This document shows, piece by piece, positions 39,350-48,491 of a DNA stretch of 64,000 nt. Made by a program: the position numbers and the translations under genes. This DNA is from an uncultured Clostridia bacterium (GTDB taxonomy: Bacteria > Bacillota > Clostridia > Christensenellales > UBA1242). The notes under the pieces are model-generated. The model was not told the DNA's origin. It worked only from the letters and a program-made list of their open reading frames with translations, and searched no databases. How positions within the stretch are numbered: the stretch's first letter is position 1; the number at the start of each line of letters is the position of its first letter. The stretch is from assembly GCA_944383375.1 (NCBI GenBank), contig CALWPG010000004.1, positions 42,423-106,422 on the forward strand. The letters run 5' to 3'.

Positions 39350-41134
39350 TTATTCAAGAATGGCCTTTATTCTTCTAATTCCAGCGCTACAAGATTGTTC
39401 TTTTACAATTTTAAAGTGACCAAGCTCGCCCGTGGAGTTGGCATGTGGACCTCCACAAATTTCTTTTGAAAACTCGCCAATCCTATATGTTTTTACTTTA
39501 TCACCATATTTATTTGTGAATAACCCTATAAAACCCTGATTTTTGGCTTCTTCAACTGTCATTTCCTGCATTACAACAGGAATGTTTTGCTTTATAACAT
39601 CGTTGACCATATCTTCGACTTTTTGTAGTTCCTCTTTTGTGCAAGGTCTGTCAAGATTGAAATCAAAACGAAGTCTTTCTGCTGTTATGTTGCTACCCTT
39701 TTGATTTACATCAGGTGAAATGACCTTTTTAAGAGCAGCATGCAAAAGGTGGGTTGCTGTGTGAAGATGTGTTGTTGCCTCTTGATTGTCTGCAAGCCCA
39801 CATGCAAATTTTTGCTCACTGCCTGCACGAGAGATCTCTTGATGTTTTTTGAATGCTTCTTTATAGCCGTCCACATCCACCTTAAGATTTTGTTCTTTTG
39901 CAAGTTCGACAGTCATTTCAAGTGGAAAGCCAAAGGTATCAAAAAGGTGGAATGCAGTTACACCGTCTATGGTATCACCATCGAGTTTTCTGACGGTGCG
40001 TTCAAACTCTTTTAGTCCACCCTCTAGTGTCCTCATAAATTTGTTATATTCTTTTGTTATCTCTTCATCAATTTTTGCTTTGTTTTGTTCAAGTTCGGGA
40101 TAAACATCTTTGTATTTCTCAATGTACTGCTTTGCTATTTCGTTTAGTCCACCTTCTTTAAGACCAACTGTTCGAGCATGACGAATTGCTCCACGAAGTA
40201 TCCTACGCAAAATATATCCTTGGTCAACATTGCTTGGAACAATGCCATTTTGGTCACCAAGCATAAAAACAGCAGTGCGAATATGGTCCAAGATTACACG
40301 AAATGCCTTTGTTGTCCTCTCGTCTTCACCATACTTTATGCCAGTAAGTTCCTCAAGTTTTTTTCTGGCATTTTCAAACAAATCGGTATCATAAACTGAT
40401 TGTTCGTTATTCAAAACACATAATGTCCTTTCAAGCCCCATACCAGTATCAACATTTTTTTGCTTTAGTGGTGAATAAGTGCCATCGGCATTTTTGTTAT
40501 ATGCCATAAAAACATCATTCCATATTTCCAAAAATGCGCCACATGAACATGCTGGAGAACAGTTTTCACTACATTTTTCTTTTACTTTTATGAACATTTC
40601 TGTATCAGTTCCACATGGGCCAGTGGTTCCAGCAGGTCCCCAAAAATTGTGTTCTCTTGAAAGAAAATATATATCATCTTTATTTATTCCTGCTCTTTCC
40701 CAATACATTGCACTTTCCTCATCACGAGGCATTTCTTCATCGCCAGCGAAAACTGAAACAGCAATTTTATTTTTGTCTATTCCAAGATACTCTGGACTTG
40801 TCAAAAATTCATAACTCCAAGCAATCATTTGCTCTTTAAAATAGTCGCCAAGGCTCCAGTTTCCAAGCATTTCAAAAAAAGTACAGTGAGAGGAATCACC
40901 TACTTCATCTATATCCCCTGTCCTTATGCATTTTTGATAGTCAGTTAGTCTGTTGCCCGCTGGATGTTTTTCCCCAAGAAGATATGGGACAAGTGGGTGC
41001 ATTCCCGCTGTGGTAAAAAGTACCGTTGGATCATTTTCTGGAATTACAGATGCTGATGGAATTTGTTTGTGTCCACGATCTGTAAAAAACTTAATATACA
41101 TTGTTCTTAATTGTTCACTAGTTAATTTTTTCAT
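39350..41134 (-). CDS. alaS: Alanine--tRNA ligase, short form (594 aa) lacking the C-Ala domain
   Basis: Class II catalytic core (FTTAGM, FFEMLGNWS) joined directly to editing-core motifs HTATHLLH and CGGPH. The ORF ends right after SAGIRRIKAILE. Confidence 0.85.
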   Translation of the reverse strand: MKKLTSEQLRTMYIKFFTDRGHKQIPSASVIPENDPTVLFTTAGMHPLVPYLLGEKHPAGNRLTDYQKCIRTGDIDEVGDSSHCTFFEMLGNWSLGDYFKEQMIAWSYEFLTSPEYLGIDKNKIAVSVFAGDEEMPRDEESAMYWERAGINKDDIYFLSREHNFWGPAGTTGPCGTDTEMFIKVKEKCSENCSPACSCGAFLEIWNDVFMAYNKNADGTYSPLKQKNVDTGMGLERTLCVLNNEQSVYDTDLFENARKKLEELTGIKYGEDERTTKAFRVILDHIRTAVFMLGDQNGIVPSNVDQGYILRRILRGAIRHARTVGLKEGGLNEIAKQYIEKYKDVYPELEQNKAKIDEEITKEYNKFMRTLEGGLKEFERTVRKLDGDTIDGVTAFHLFDTFGFPLEMTVELAKEQNLKVDVDGYKEAFKKHQEISRAGSEQKFACGLADNQEATTHLHTATHLLHAALKKVISPDVNQKGSNITAERLRFDFNLDRPCTKEELQKVEDMVNDVIKQNIPVVMQEMTVEEAKNQGFIGLFTNKYGDKVKTYRIGEFSKEICGGPHANSTGELGHFKIVKEQSCSAGIRRIKAILE

Positions 41135-41202
41135 AATTTTTATACTACTACACCTTAATAATTTTATCAAATATATTTAATAGTTTTTATGCTTTTGAGA
41201 TA

Positions 41203-42627
41203 TCAATACTGAATACCCCAAACCACCATATGCTTTGCCTTTTCTTTGCAAACGACACATTTGTCGCCGTCAGATACAGGTTCATCGGTGATACATCTAG
41301 ATTTTATTCCACCGATCTCTTTCATTTTAAGCTCACATTCTTGCTTGCCGCACCAATGTGAATAGATAAAGCCTGGTTTTGTTTTTATAATTTTTTCCAC
41401 CTGAGAGATATCATCAGTTCTGTACGTTAACTCATCTCTTCTTTTTAATGCTCTATCATACAAATTTTGTTGTATAGATTTCATCAAATTGAGAACTTCA
41501 TTGACTATGTCGCAGTCCACCTTTACATTCATCTTTTCTCTAGTATCACGCCTTGCAAGAGTAATTTCGCCGTTTGCAAGGTCCCTTGCGCCAATTTCAA
41601 TTCTGACAGGAATACCATTTACTTCATGTTCTGCAAATTTAAATCCCGGTGAGCGATCTGAATCATCACAGAAAACTGATATATTTGCCTCTGATAAAAT
41701 TTTCAAATATTTATCAGCAAGTGCCTTGACTTCGGCACTTTCCCCTATTGGTACAATCACCACTTGCCTTGGAGCTATGTTTGGTGGAAGTACAAGACCG
41801 TTGTCATCACTGTGAACCATAATGAGTGCACCAATCATGCGAGTTGAGCAGCCCCACGAGGTTTGGTATGCATACTGCCATTCGTTATTTTTATTTAAAA
41901 ATTTTATGTCATATGCTTTTGCAAATTTTTGCCCAAAATAATGTGAAGTTGCACTTTGCAAGCTTACACCATTGTACATAAGTGCTTCAACAGTGTATGT
42001 GTAATCAGCGCCTGCAAATTTTTCCTTTTCTGTTTTCTTGCCACAAACCGCAGGAATTGCAAGATATTTCTCGAAGAAATCTTTGTAAACGTTGAGCATT
42101 TTAAGTGTTTCTGCTTCAGCTTCCTCTTTTGTGGCATGAACTGTGTGACCCTCTTGCCACAAAAATTCACGCGTTCGAAGAAATGGTCTTGTTTCCTTTT
42201 CCCAGCGCATAACATTGCACCATTGGTTGTAGAGTTTTGGAAGATCGCGATATGACTTAACTTTCAAACTATAATAATCCGAAAAAAGTGTTTCGCTTGT
42301 TGGTCGAATGGCAAGTCTTTCATCCAAAATGTTTTGTCCTCCAACTGTAACCCAAGCGCACTCAGGTGCAAAACCTTCAACAAGTTCACTTTCTTTTTTC
42401 AAAAGATTTTCAGGAATAAGCATAGGCATAGAAACATTTTGATGACCAGTTTGTTTAAAAATTTTATCCAAAACACTTTGCATCTTTTCCCAAATAGCAT
42501 AGCCATTTGGCTCTAAAATAACACATCCCTTGGTGTTTGAATATTCAGCAAGATTTGCGCATCTGACAATATCAGTATACCACTTTGCAAAATCTTCATC
42601 ACGTGAAGTTATTGCTTTGTTTTTCAT
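41203..42627 (-). CDS. proS: Proline--tRNA ligase, archaeal/eukaryote-like type
   Basis: 474 aa. No INS editing domain. C-terminal Zn-binding tail CVVCKEKAKHMVVWGIQY. Confidence 0.9.
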   Translation of the reverse strand: MKNKAITSRDEDFAKWYTDIVRCANLAEYSNTKGCVILEPNGYAIWEKMQSVLDKIFKQTGHQNVSMPMLIPENLLKKESELVEGFAPECAWVTVGGQNILDERLAIRPTSETLFSDYYSLKVKSYRDLPKLYNQWCNVMRWEKETRPFLRTREFLWQEGHTVHATKEEAEAETLKMLNVYKDFFEKYLAIPAVCGKKTEKEKFAGADYTYTVEALMYNGVSLQSATSHYFGQKFAKAYDIKFLNKNNEWQYAYQTSWGCSTRMIGALIMVHSDDNGLVLPPNIAPRQVVIVPIGESAEVKALADKYLKILSEANISVFCDDSDRSPGFKFAEHEVNGIPVRIEIGARDLANGEITLARRDTREKMNVKVDCDIVNEVLNLMKSIQQNLYDRALKRRDELTYRTDDISQVEKIIKTKPGFIYSHWCGKQECELKMKEIGGIKSRCITDEPVSDGDKCVVCKEKAKHMVVWGIQY

Positions 42628-42698
42628 GATTTTCTCCTATTTTATATCTAGTTTTCTTTTTACTATAGCACTTTTAAAGCAATAAGTAAACATAAAAT

Positions 42699-42732
42699 AA
42701 AAAAATACTCGCATTGCTGCGAGTACTTTTTT
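42699..42732. terminator. Bidirectional hairpin terminator (ends the collagen-like gene)
   Basis: A-run, TACTCGCA-ttgc-TGCGAGTA, T-run. Confidence 0.75.
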
Positions 42733-42741
42733 GAGTTGTTG

Positions 42742-43536
42742 TTATGGTCCAGTTGGCCCTGTTGGTCCGGTTGGTCCCGTCGCACCAGTTGGTCCCGTTG
42801 GACCAGTTGCACCTGTCGCTCCTGCCGGGCCAGTTGGTCCTGTTGCGCCTGTGGCTCCTGCCGGACCGGTTGGTCCCGTTGCCCCTGCTGTGCCTGCTGC
42901 TCCAGTTGGGCCCGTAGGGCCTGTGGCTCCAGTTGTTCCTACAGTTCCTGCTGGTCCGGTAGCTCCTGTGGCACCGGTTGGACCTGTTGTGCCTTGTGGA
43001 ATGGTTAGGTTCAAGAAAAAGTTTGGCGCAGTTCCCGTTATAGTGGCTGCTGCTGTAGTTCCTGGCGCTCCCGTTGTTACGGTACCAATGGCAAATATTG
43101 GTGTAACACCAGTTGCTCCAGTAGCTCCAGTCGCACCAGTTGGACCCGTTGCACCAGTCGCTCCCGTTGGACCTGTTGGTCCCGTTGCCCCTGCTGGACC
43201 GGTAGCTCCAGTCGCACCAGTAGCGCCGGTTGGACCTGTTGCGCCTGTGGCACCAGTTGTACCTTGTGGCCCTTGTATTCCCGCAAAACCTTGAATACCT
43301 TGAATTCCTTGAGGTCCCTGAGCACCAGTTGGTCCAGTTGCTCCTGTAGGACCTGTAGCACCGGTAGGTCCGGTTGCACCTGTTGGTCCTGTCGCACCTG
43401 TGGAAGGACCAGTTGGGCCTGTTGGACCGGTTGGACCTTGTGGACCACGTTGACCAGTTCTCACCGTATTTGTTACAAAAATGCTTTCGCAACAAGGTGG
43501 TGGTGTATTATTACAATTACATGGCATCGTGTTCAT
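42742..43536 (-). CDS. Collagen-like triple-helix-repeat (GXT) protein, BclA-like
   Basis: Frame gives GPT/GAT triplets. N-terminus is [16 protein letters not shown]. The likely true start is ATG 43527 (MPCNC), 9 nt after AAGGAG. The five other long ORFs over this span are repeat shadows. Confidence 0.8.
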   Translation of the reverse strand: MNTMPCNCNNTPPPCCESIFVTNTVRTGQRGPQGPTGPTGPTGPSTGATGPTGATGPTGATGPTGATGPTGAQGPQGIQGIQGFAGIQGPQGTTGATGATGPTGATGATGATGPAGATGPTGPTGATGATGPTGATGATGATGVTPIFAIGTVTTGAPGTTAAATITGTAPNFFLNLTIPQGTTGPTGATGATGPAGTVGTTGATGPTGPTGAAGTAGATGPTGPAGATGATGPTGPAGATGATGPTGPTGATGPTGPTGPTGP

Positions 43537-43619
43537 CTCCTTTTATTAGTGTATTCATTTCATTGTATGTTTGATAATTCAATATTGTTAAATTATTTGA
43601 ATTATTTAAATTTTGTGTT

Positions 43620-44120
43620 ATGATTATAAACATGAAAGTAAAAACAAAACAATGTAATAGTAAGATGTGCATAGTTTGTGGCTTGGAAAACCCAAACAGT
43701 TTAAAAGCACCTTTTTACGAAATGGAAGATGGCAGTGTGATAAGCATATTTGAATTTAAGGAAACTCATCAAAGTTACCCAGAACGCACTCATGGTGGTT
43801 TAATTACCGCGATGCTGGATGAACTTGGACTTAGGTGCATATGGCCAATTGAGAATACTTTTGGTGTGACAATGGAAATAACTACAAAATTTAGAAAACC
43901 AGTTCCTTACAACCAAAAACTCAAAGGTATTGGCAAAGTAATTTCAAACACACCAAGATTTATTCAAAGCCATGCAGAAATTCTAGATTTGCAAGATAAC
44001 ATTTTGGCAGAGGCAAATATTAAGTACTTAAAATTTCTTACAGATAAAATTGTTTTAAGTAATGTAAACGCAGAAGAACATAATATTTTTGTACCTGATG
44101 ATGTGAAAGAAATAAATTAG
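43620..44120 (+). CDS. PaaI/hotdog-fold thioesterase
   Basis: N-terminal CxxC, then HGGLITAMLDELG, typical of the PaaI family. The start is uncertain (43620 or 43632). Confidence 0.65.
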   Translation: MIINMKVKTKQCNSKMCIVCGLENPNSLKAPFYEMEDGSVISIFEFKETHQSYPERTHGGLITAMLDELGLRCIWPIENTFGVTMEITTKFRKPVPYNQKLKGIGKVISNTPRFIQSHAEILDLQDNILAEANIKYLKFLTDKIVLSNVNAEEHNIFVPDDVKEIN

Positions 44121-44162
44121 ATATTTACATTGATGAAATTTGAGTGTATAATAGGAGTACAA

Positions 44163-44609
44163 ATGAAAGTTGTAAAGTTTGTAAAAATTAATCAAGATGC
44201 AATAATACCAGATTATGCTCATGAGGGTGATGCTGGAATGGACCTGTACAGTGTCGAAGACACAGTCATTGAACCTAACACTTTAAAGAAAGTTAATACT
44301 GGGCTCGTGATTGAACTTCCTAAAAACACAGAAGCGCAAGTTAGAAGCAAGAGCGGTATTGCACTTAAAAGCCAAGTGTTCGTTCTCAACTCACCTGGCA
44401 CTATCGATGAAAATTATCGTGGTGAAATTGCTGTATTATTGTACAATTTGGGAAAACAAGCCTACGAAGTAAAGAAAGGTCAAAAAATTGCACAACTTGT
44501 AATAAATGAAATTTGCTATGTAAAAACAAAAGTTGTTGAAAATGTATCTCAAACTACACGTGGCGAAGGTGGATTTGGCTCAACGGGGTTAAAAAGGAAC
44601 AAACAATGA
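44163..44609 (+). CDS. dut: dUTP diphosphatase
   Basis: GDAGMDLY, NSPGTIDENYRGEI and RGEGGFGSTG motifs. Start set to MKVVKF. Confidence 0.9.
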   Translation: MKVVKFVKINQDAIIPDYAHEGDAGMDLYSVEDTVIEPNTLKKVNTGLVIELPKNTEAQVRSKSGIALKSQVFVLNSPGTIDENYRGEIAVLLYNLGKQAYEVKKGQKIAQLVINEICYVKTKVVENVSQTTRGEGGFGSTGLKRNKQ

Positions 44610-46369
44610 ATTTTGCAAAATTAAATGATAAATATTACGTTTTATTTTCTTTTCCATACAAAAATGAAGAAGTTTTTGTTTGCAGAGACAAAGTCAATCT
44701 TTTGTACTCTTTTTTTAAATTTGTTGACGATGACTTTATTAAAATCAAATCACCAACTCTTGACAAAATATTCAAACCGAACACAGACCCAATAGTTTAT
44801 AGCGTATCAAAATATCCGGCAAATTTTTCAAAAATTAACTTTGAACAACTCAAATCAACAGCAATTGATTTGATAAAAGATATGACCAATAATTTTTCTG
44901 CATACATACAAAATATTATAGAAAATAATTTAAAAAATGTTGTGATAAGGGTAAAAAAAATTGGAAGGACAAATGTTTCAGCTGAGTACGATGGCGAAAC
45001 GAATACTATAACCATAGATGAAATTGAAATTAACAAAATGTCAGATAAACTGTTATTGCACACTTTTTTCCATGAGATGCTTCATTGTGCATCGGCAAGT
45101 TTTTATGCTTCAAAATCTGGTTTTAGGAGTAACAACGTCATAAGCTTTAAGAGTGGAATAATTTTTAATCAATATGAAAACACATATTTTAATGAAGCTT
45201 ACACAGAACTTATGGCACATAAATACTATCCTGTTAAACCACGAAGTTATGCTCTTGTCACATCTATGCTTGACACAATTTTAAAATTTTGTGATCAGGA
45301 TAAAGTTAAAGAATACTACTTTACAAACGATAATCAAAATTTGGTTAAACATTTACAAGAGGTCTTTCATCAACCACAGAGCGAAATACGAAAGTTACTT
45401 CTTTTATTTGACGTCTGTGATGAGACTTTTAACAAAACTGTAAGAGACGAGCGCTTTAATCTACGTGAGATTATCTTATCAAGTTACTCAACACTTGTAA
45501 ACTTAGTCTCAAAAATGATCATTGACAAATACAGAGCTGAAAATAAAGATTTAAAACAATTAAATTTTTACTCAATATTTGTCAATAGATTGAACTCAGA
45601 GTTACCAAGTGATGTTAAAAATGCAGTAAATTATTGTCTCGATAAATCACAGAGATTTTTTGAATATTACTTAAACAATAACTTTGAGAACAAAACTGAC
45701 CAAATTGACTATGTGATGTTCCCTTACTATAAAAAAATTTTTATTGAAACTTTCGCTCAAGGAATTCCCCTCCCCCCTTCTTTCCCTGAAAGATACAAAT
45801 GTTTTGAAATTTATCAGCAGGTACTTTCAAATAATACAGAAATCGGAAACAAAAAGGGATGGTACACAAAAGAGTCGGTATTTAAAAATTTATTTGACGA
45901 AAGATTCAACTATTTACCAAAAGATGAAGACAGGCGCCTGCATGTCATTTACCAATATTTGACCATAATGAATGATTTTAAATTTGATATAACCAAGTAT
46001 TTAAACAAAGACCAGGTTATTGCAGTTTTAAAAAAGAGCCCAAACATTTTTAGATCCTTGTGTGCTAGTAATATTTACTATATGCTTGACATACAAAAAG
46101 ATTTACCTTCTCAAATGCAGGCGTCAGAATATTTTTATGTAGGTATTATAAAACAATTGTTAAAAGAAAAAAATCAAAATTCATTGGAAATATTATCAAA
46201 TTATTTTAATAAAATAGATGTAAAAACCCAAAATAAAATGCTATATTCAAGTAACTTTTTAGCAATACTGGAAAAAAGTAAGCTTTTAGATGGTGAAAAT
46301 TTAGAAAAATTTATATATAACGCAAAATTGACAGCTAGCCAAAACTTTACTGATGAATTCACTATATAA
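44606..46369 (+). CDS. Large hypothetical protein with an HExxH motif (putative Zn-metallopeptidase-like)
   Basis: 587 aa. FFHEMLHCA appears at about residue 155. Its start overlaps the dut stop (ATGA). Confidence 0.5.
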   Translation: MNFAKLNDKYYVLFSFPYKNEEVFVCRDKVNLLYSFFKFVDDDFIKIKSPTLDKIFKPNTDPIVYSVSKYPANFSKINFEQLKSTAIDLIKDMTNNFSAYIQNIIENNLKNVVIRVKKIGRTNVSAEYDGETNTITIDEIEINKMSDKLLLHTFFHEMLHCASASFYASKSGFRSNNVISFKSGIIFNQYENTYFNEAYTELMAHKYYPVKPRSYALVTSMLDTILKFCDQDKVKEYYFTNDNQNLVKHLQEVFHQPQSEIRKLLLLFDVCDETFNKTVRDERFNLREIILSSYSTLVNLVSKMIIDKYRAENKDLKQLNFYSIFVNRLNSELPSDVKNAVNYCLDKSQRFFEYYLNNNFENKTDQIDYVMFPYYKKIFIETFAQGIPLPPSFPERYKCFEIYQQVLSNNTEIGNKKGWYTKESVFKNLFDERFNYLPKDEDRRLHVIYQYLTIMNDFKFDITKYLNKDQVIAVLKKSPNIFRSLCASNIYYMLDIQKDLPSQMQASEYFYVGIIKQLLKEKNQNSLEILSNYFNKIDVKTQNKMLYSSNFLAILEKSKLLDGENLEKFIYNAKLTASQNFTDEFTI

Positions 46370-46433
46370 AACCCCTAATTCAACAAGTCAACTTGCAAAC
46401 AATTTTATTTTGTTTGGCTCGTTGACAAAACTT

Positions 46434-46508
46434 GCGTCCATGGTGAAATGGATATCACATAAGTCTTCGGAACTTAGATTTCGGGTTCGAGCCCTGATGG
46501 ACGCACCA
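46434..46508 (+). tRNA. tRNA-Arg(TCG), CCA encoded
   Basis: Acceptor GCGTCCA/TGGACGC, anticodon arm TAAGT-CTTCGGA-ACTTA, T arm TCGGG-TTCGAGC-CCTGA. Confidence 0.85.
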
Positions 46509-46540
46509 AAAAATTAAGCAAGTCCTATTTTGACTTGCTT
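46509..46540 (-). terminator. Terminator of the RiPP operon (hairpin shared with the tRNA-Arg 3' flank)
   Basis: Minus-strand AAGCAAGTC-aaaatag-GACTTGCTT followed by AATTTTTT. It begins 1 nt after the rSAM stop codon. Confidence 0.7.
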
Positions 46541-46541
46541 A

Positions 46542-48281
46542 TTATTTTAACAGTTTTTGAAGATATTGCTGAACTTTATCTCTTGTCAATTTATACTGGC
46601 TAGATTTTTCTGATGACGAAACGCATTCTCCTCCCAAATGCGTAAAAGTTTTTTTGCTCATTTGGTTTTGATTATTTATATTAAAATAAATCTCATTAAA
46701 TTGCTGATAAGATGGATAATAAAATATATATTTTATAATTTCCAAGATGAGTCTTGTATTTTTAACTTGTTTAGATAGTTGGACTTCATTAATAAATACC
46801 TTTTCTCCTTTTTCAATAATAACAAAGCCACAAATCTTGCCATTATTATATATTATTATAAAGTCATTGTTTTCATTTTGGGCATTTGTATATACATTAT
46901 TTTTCCAAATTTTACCATCATTTTCGGTTACATTATAACCAAGTTCGATCATATTGTCTTTTATTATCTCAAAGCACAAGTCCAATTGATATTCTGATAA
47001 AAATTTTTCATGATGAAATTTAAAGCCTTTTACAAATTTATTGTAGATTTCTACTCCCAGTTCACAATAAAAATTTGAAGGTATTTCATAAGATCCTGTT
47101 GATAAATAAAATTTTGCAGGACAATATCTGCACAGAGAGATATAGGGACAATTTCTGCATTTTGCTTTTTTAGAATACAATCTAGTTTTTATCTTTTGAA
47201 GATTGTATACGCATTCCAATAAATTTCCTTTTTTGTAAACCTGATATTCATTTTGTAGACAAACACACATACAAACATGCAAAGAAGAATCTATAAATAG
47301 TGAATCATCATTTTGTTTACACTTAAAAATGCGATCATTCTGTTTTGTCTGGCTGAAAATTTTTAAAAATTTTTTTCCAGCATTATTTTGCTTTGACAAA
47401 TAACTTATAATTTCGGGTACGGATATTTGTTGGGGATTTATTTTTTGACACTTGCCCATTTGGGGAAAAATTAAATAATCTGATCTAAAACTATTATTAA
47501 ATTTTTTAGAATATGCTTTAATTTTGTCAAAATATGACTTATTTAAATTCGAAATTATACTCTTTGTTTTAACATCAATACCTTTATTAATTAACATTTC
47601 AATATTTTTATCAACAGTACAAAACGAATTTTTTATTCCAGTAAATTCACTATAAGAGGTTTCATCATATCCGTATAATGATACTTCTATAGAATATGGT
47701 TTATATTTGCTCAAGCAATCAAGAATTTGTTTAGTTAAATTATATCCATTTGTATTTAAATTGATAACAAAGCCCTGTTTATATAAATACTTATATATTT
47801 TTATAAAATCTTTATGAATAAAAATTTCACCACCAGTCAAGGTTATAAAATTACATTTAGCTCTTTTTAATTCTTTTGCTAAACTGACTATATTTTCATA
47901 AGTTATATATTTGATTTTATTTTTATCCACATAACAATGAGAACATCTAAAATTACATACATTAATAATTTCTATCAGACAACTTTTTACATATAAAAAA
48001 GAATTTTTATAATTAATTTTTGTCTTTGACTTCACAAAGCCACCTTTAATCAATAAATACAAAACACTATTTCTGATTTTAAGACTTTCAATTTTACCAC
48101 AATGAAAGTATTCTTGTATGCATTTTATAACCTTAGTCATTGATAAACCCTGAAGAATCAAATTTGCTACAACGGCATTCTTCTCATCAAAAATTATATA
48201 ATTACCGTTACGATTATCATAAACTTCAAAACCTTTATCGTGATTTTTAATACATACATCATCGTTGATTTGATATTCCAT
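46542..48281 (-). CDS. Radical SAM/SPASM peptide maturase with an N-terminal PqqD-like RRE and a C-terminal GNAT-like domain
   Basis: CNFRCSHC (CxxxCxxC), SPASM CRNCPYISLCRYC, and an N-terminal ~90 aa wHTH-like region (NAVVANLILQGLSMTKVIKCIQEYF). Start reset to MEYQINDD (ATG 48281, AGGAG RBS). The track start overlaps the intergenic hairpin. Confidence 0.85.
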   Translation of the reverse strand: MEYQINDDVCIKNHDKGFEVYDNRNGNYIIFDEKNAVVANLILQGLSMTKVIKCIQEYFHCGKIESLKIRNSVLYLLIKGGFVKSKTKINYKNSFLYVKSCLIEIINVCNFRCSHCYVDKNKIKYITYENIVSLAKELKRAKCNFITLTGGEIFIHKDFIKIYKYLYKQGFVINLNTNGYNLTKQILDCLSKYKPYSIEVSLYGYDETSYSEFTGIKNSFCTVDKNIEMLINKGIDVKTKSIISNLNKSYFDKIKAYSKKFNNSFRSDYLIFPQMGKCQKINPQQISVPEIISYLSKQNNAGKKFLKIFSQTKQNDRIFKCKQNDDSLFIDSSLHVCMCVCLQNEYQVYKKGNLLECVYNLQKIKTRLYSKKAKCRNCPYISLCRYCPAKFYLSTGSYEIPSNFYCELGVEIYNKFVKGFKFHHEKFLSEYQLDLCFEIIKDNMIELGYNVTENDGKIWKNNVYTNAQNENNDFIIIYNNGKICGFVIIEKGEKVFINEVQLSKQVKNTRLILEIIKYIFYYPSYQQFNEIYFNINNQNQMSKKTFTHLGGECVSSSEKSSQYKLTRDKVQQYLQKLLK

Positions 48282-48295
48282 AAAAACTCCTGCAT

Positions 48296-48323
48296 AAGAA
48301 AAAGAAGTGGTATGCCCACTTCT
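48296..48323 (-). terminator. Intra-operon hairpin attenuator between precursor and maturase
   Basis: Minus-strand AGAAGTGG-gcata-CCACTTCT followed by TTTTCTT. Confidence 0.45.
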
Positions 48324-48328
48324 AAATA

Positions 48329-48406
48329 CTAACAAGCATCTTGTCCATTTGCTACTTGCCAGCAACCATCATCAAAACTTTCTGAATTGTTAATGTTAAT
48401 AACCAT
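48329..48406 (-). CDS. Candidate RiPP precursor peptide, 25 aa (not in the ORF track)
   Basis: MVININNSESFDDGCWQVANGQDAC. AAGGAGG lies 6 nt upstream. An in-frame ATG at 48412 would give 27 aa. Sits 47 nt upstream of the rSAM gene. Confidence 0.65.
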   Translation of the reverse strand: MVININNSESFDDGCWQVANGQDAC

Positions 48407-48424
48407 ATGCATCCTCCTTTTATT

Positions 48425-48453
48425 AGTATAGCAAACTTAAATAAAAATGTCAA
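48425..48453 (-). promoter_or_regulatory. Near-consensus sigma-A promoter of the RiPP operon
   Basis: Minus-strand TTGACA (48448-48453), 17 nt, TATACT (48425-48430). Confidence 0.65.
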
Positions 48454-48491
48454 CTATTATAAATAAAGGAATGAGCTAAGTCGCCAAATAC

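Noticed and set aside
42674-43623. Five additional long ORFs on both strands overlap the collagen-like gene (for example 42674-43495 minus, 42731-43294 plus, 43077-43448 minus).
   Set aside because: They are frame shadows of a GC-rich triplet repeat. They lack an RBS and give low-complexity Arg/Trp/Ser or Pro/Val strings. Only the GXT frame has a start context and terminator.
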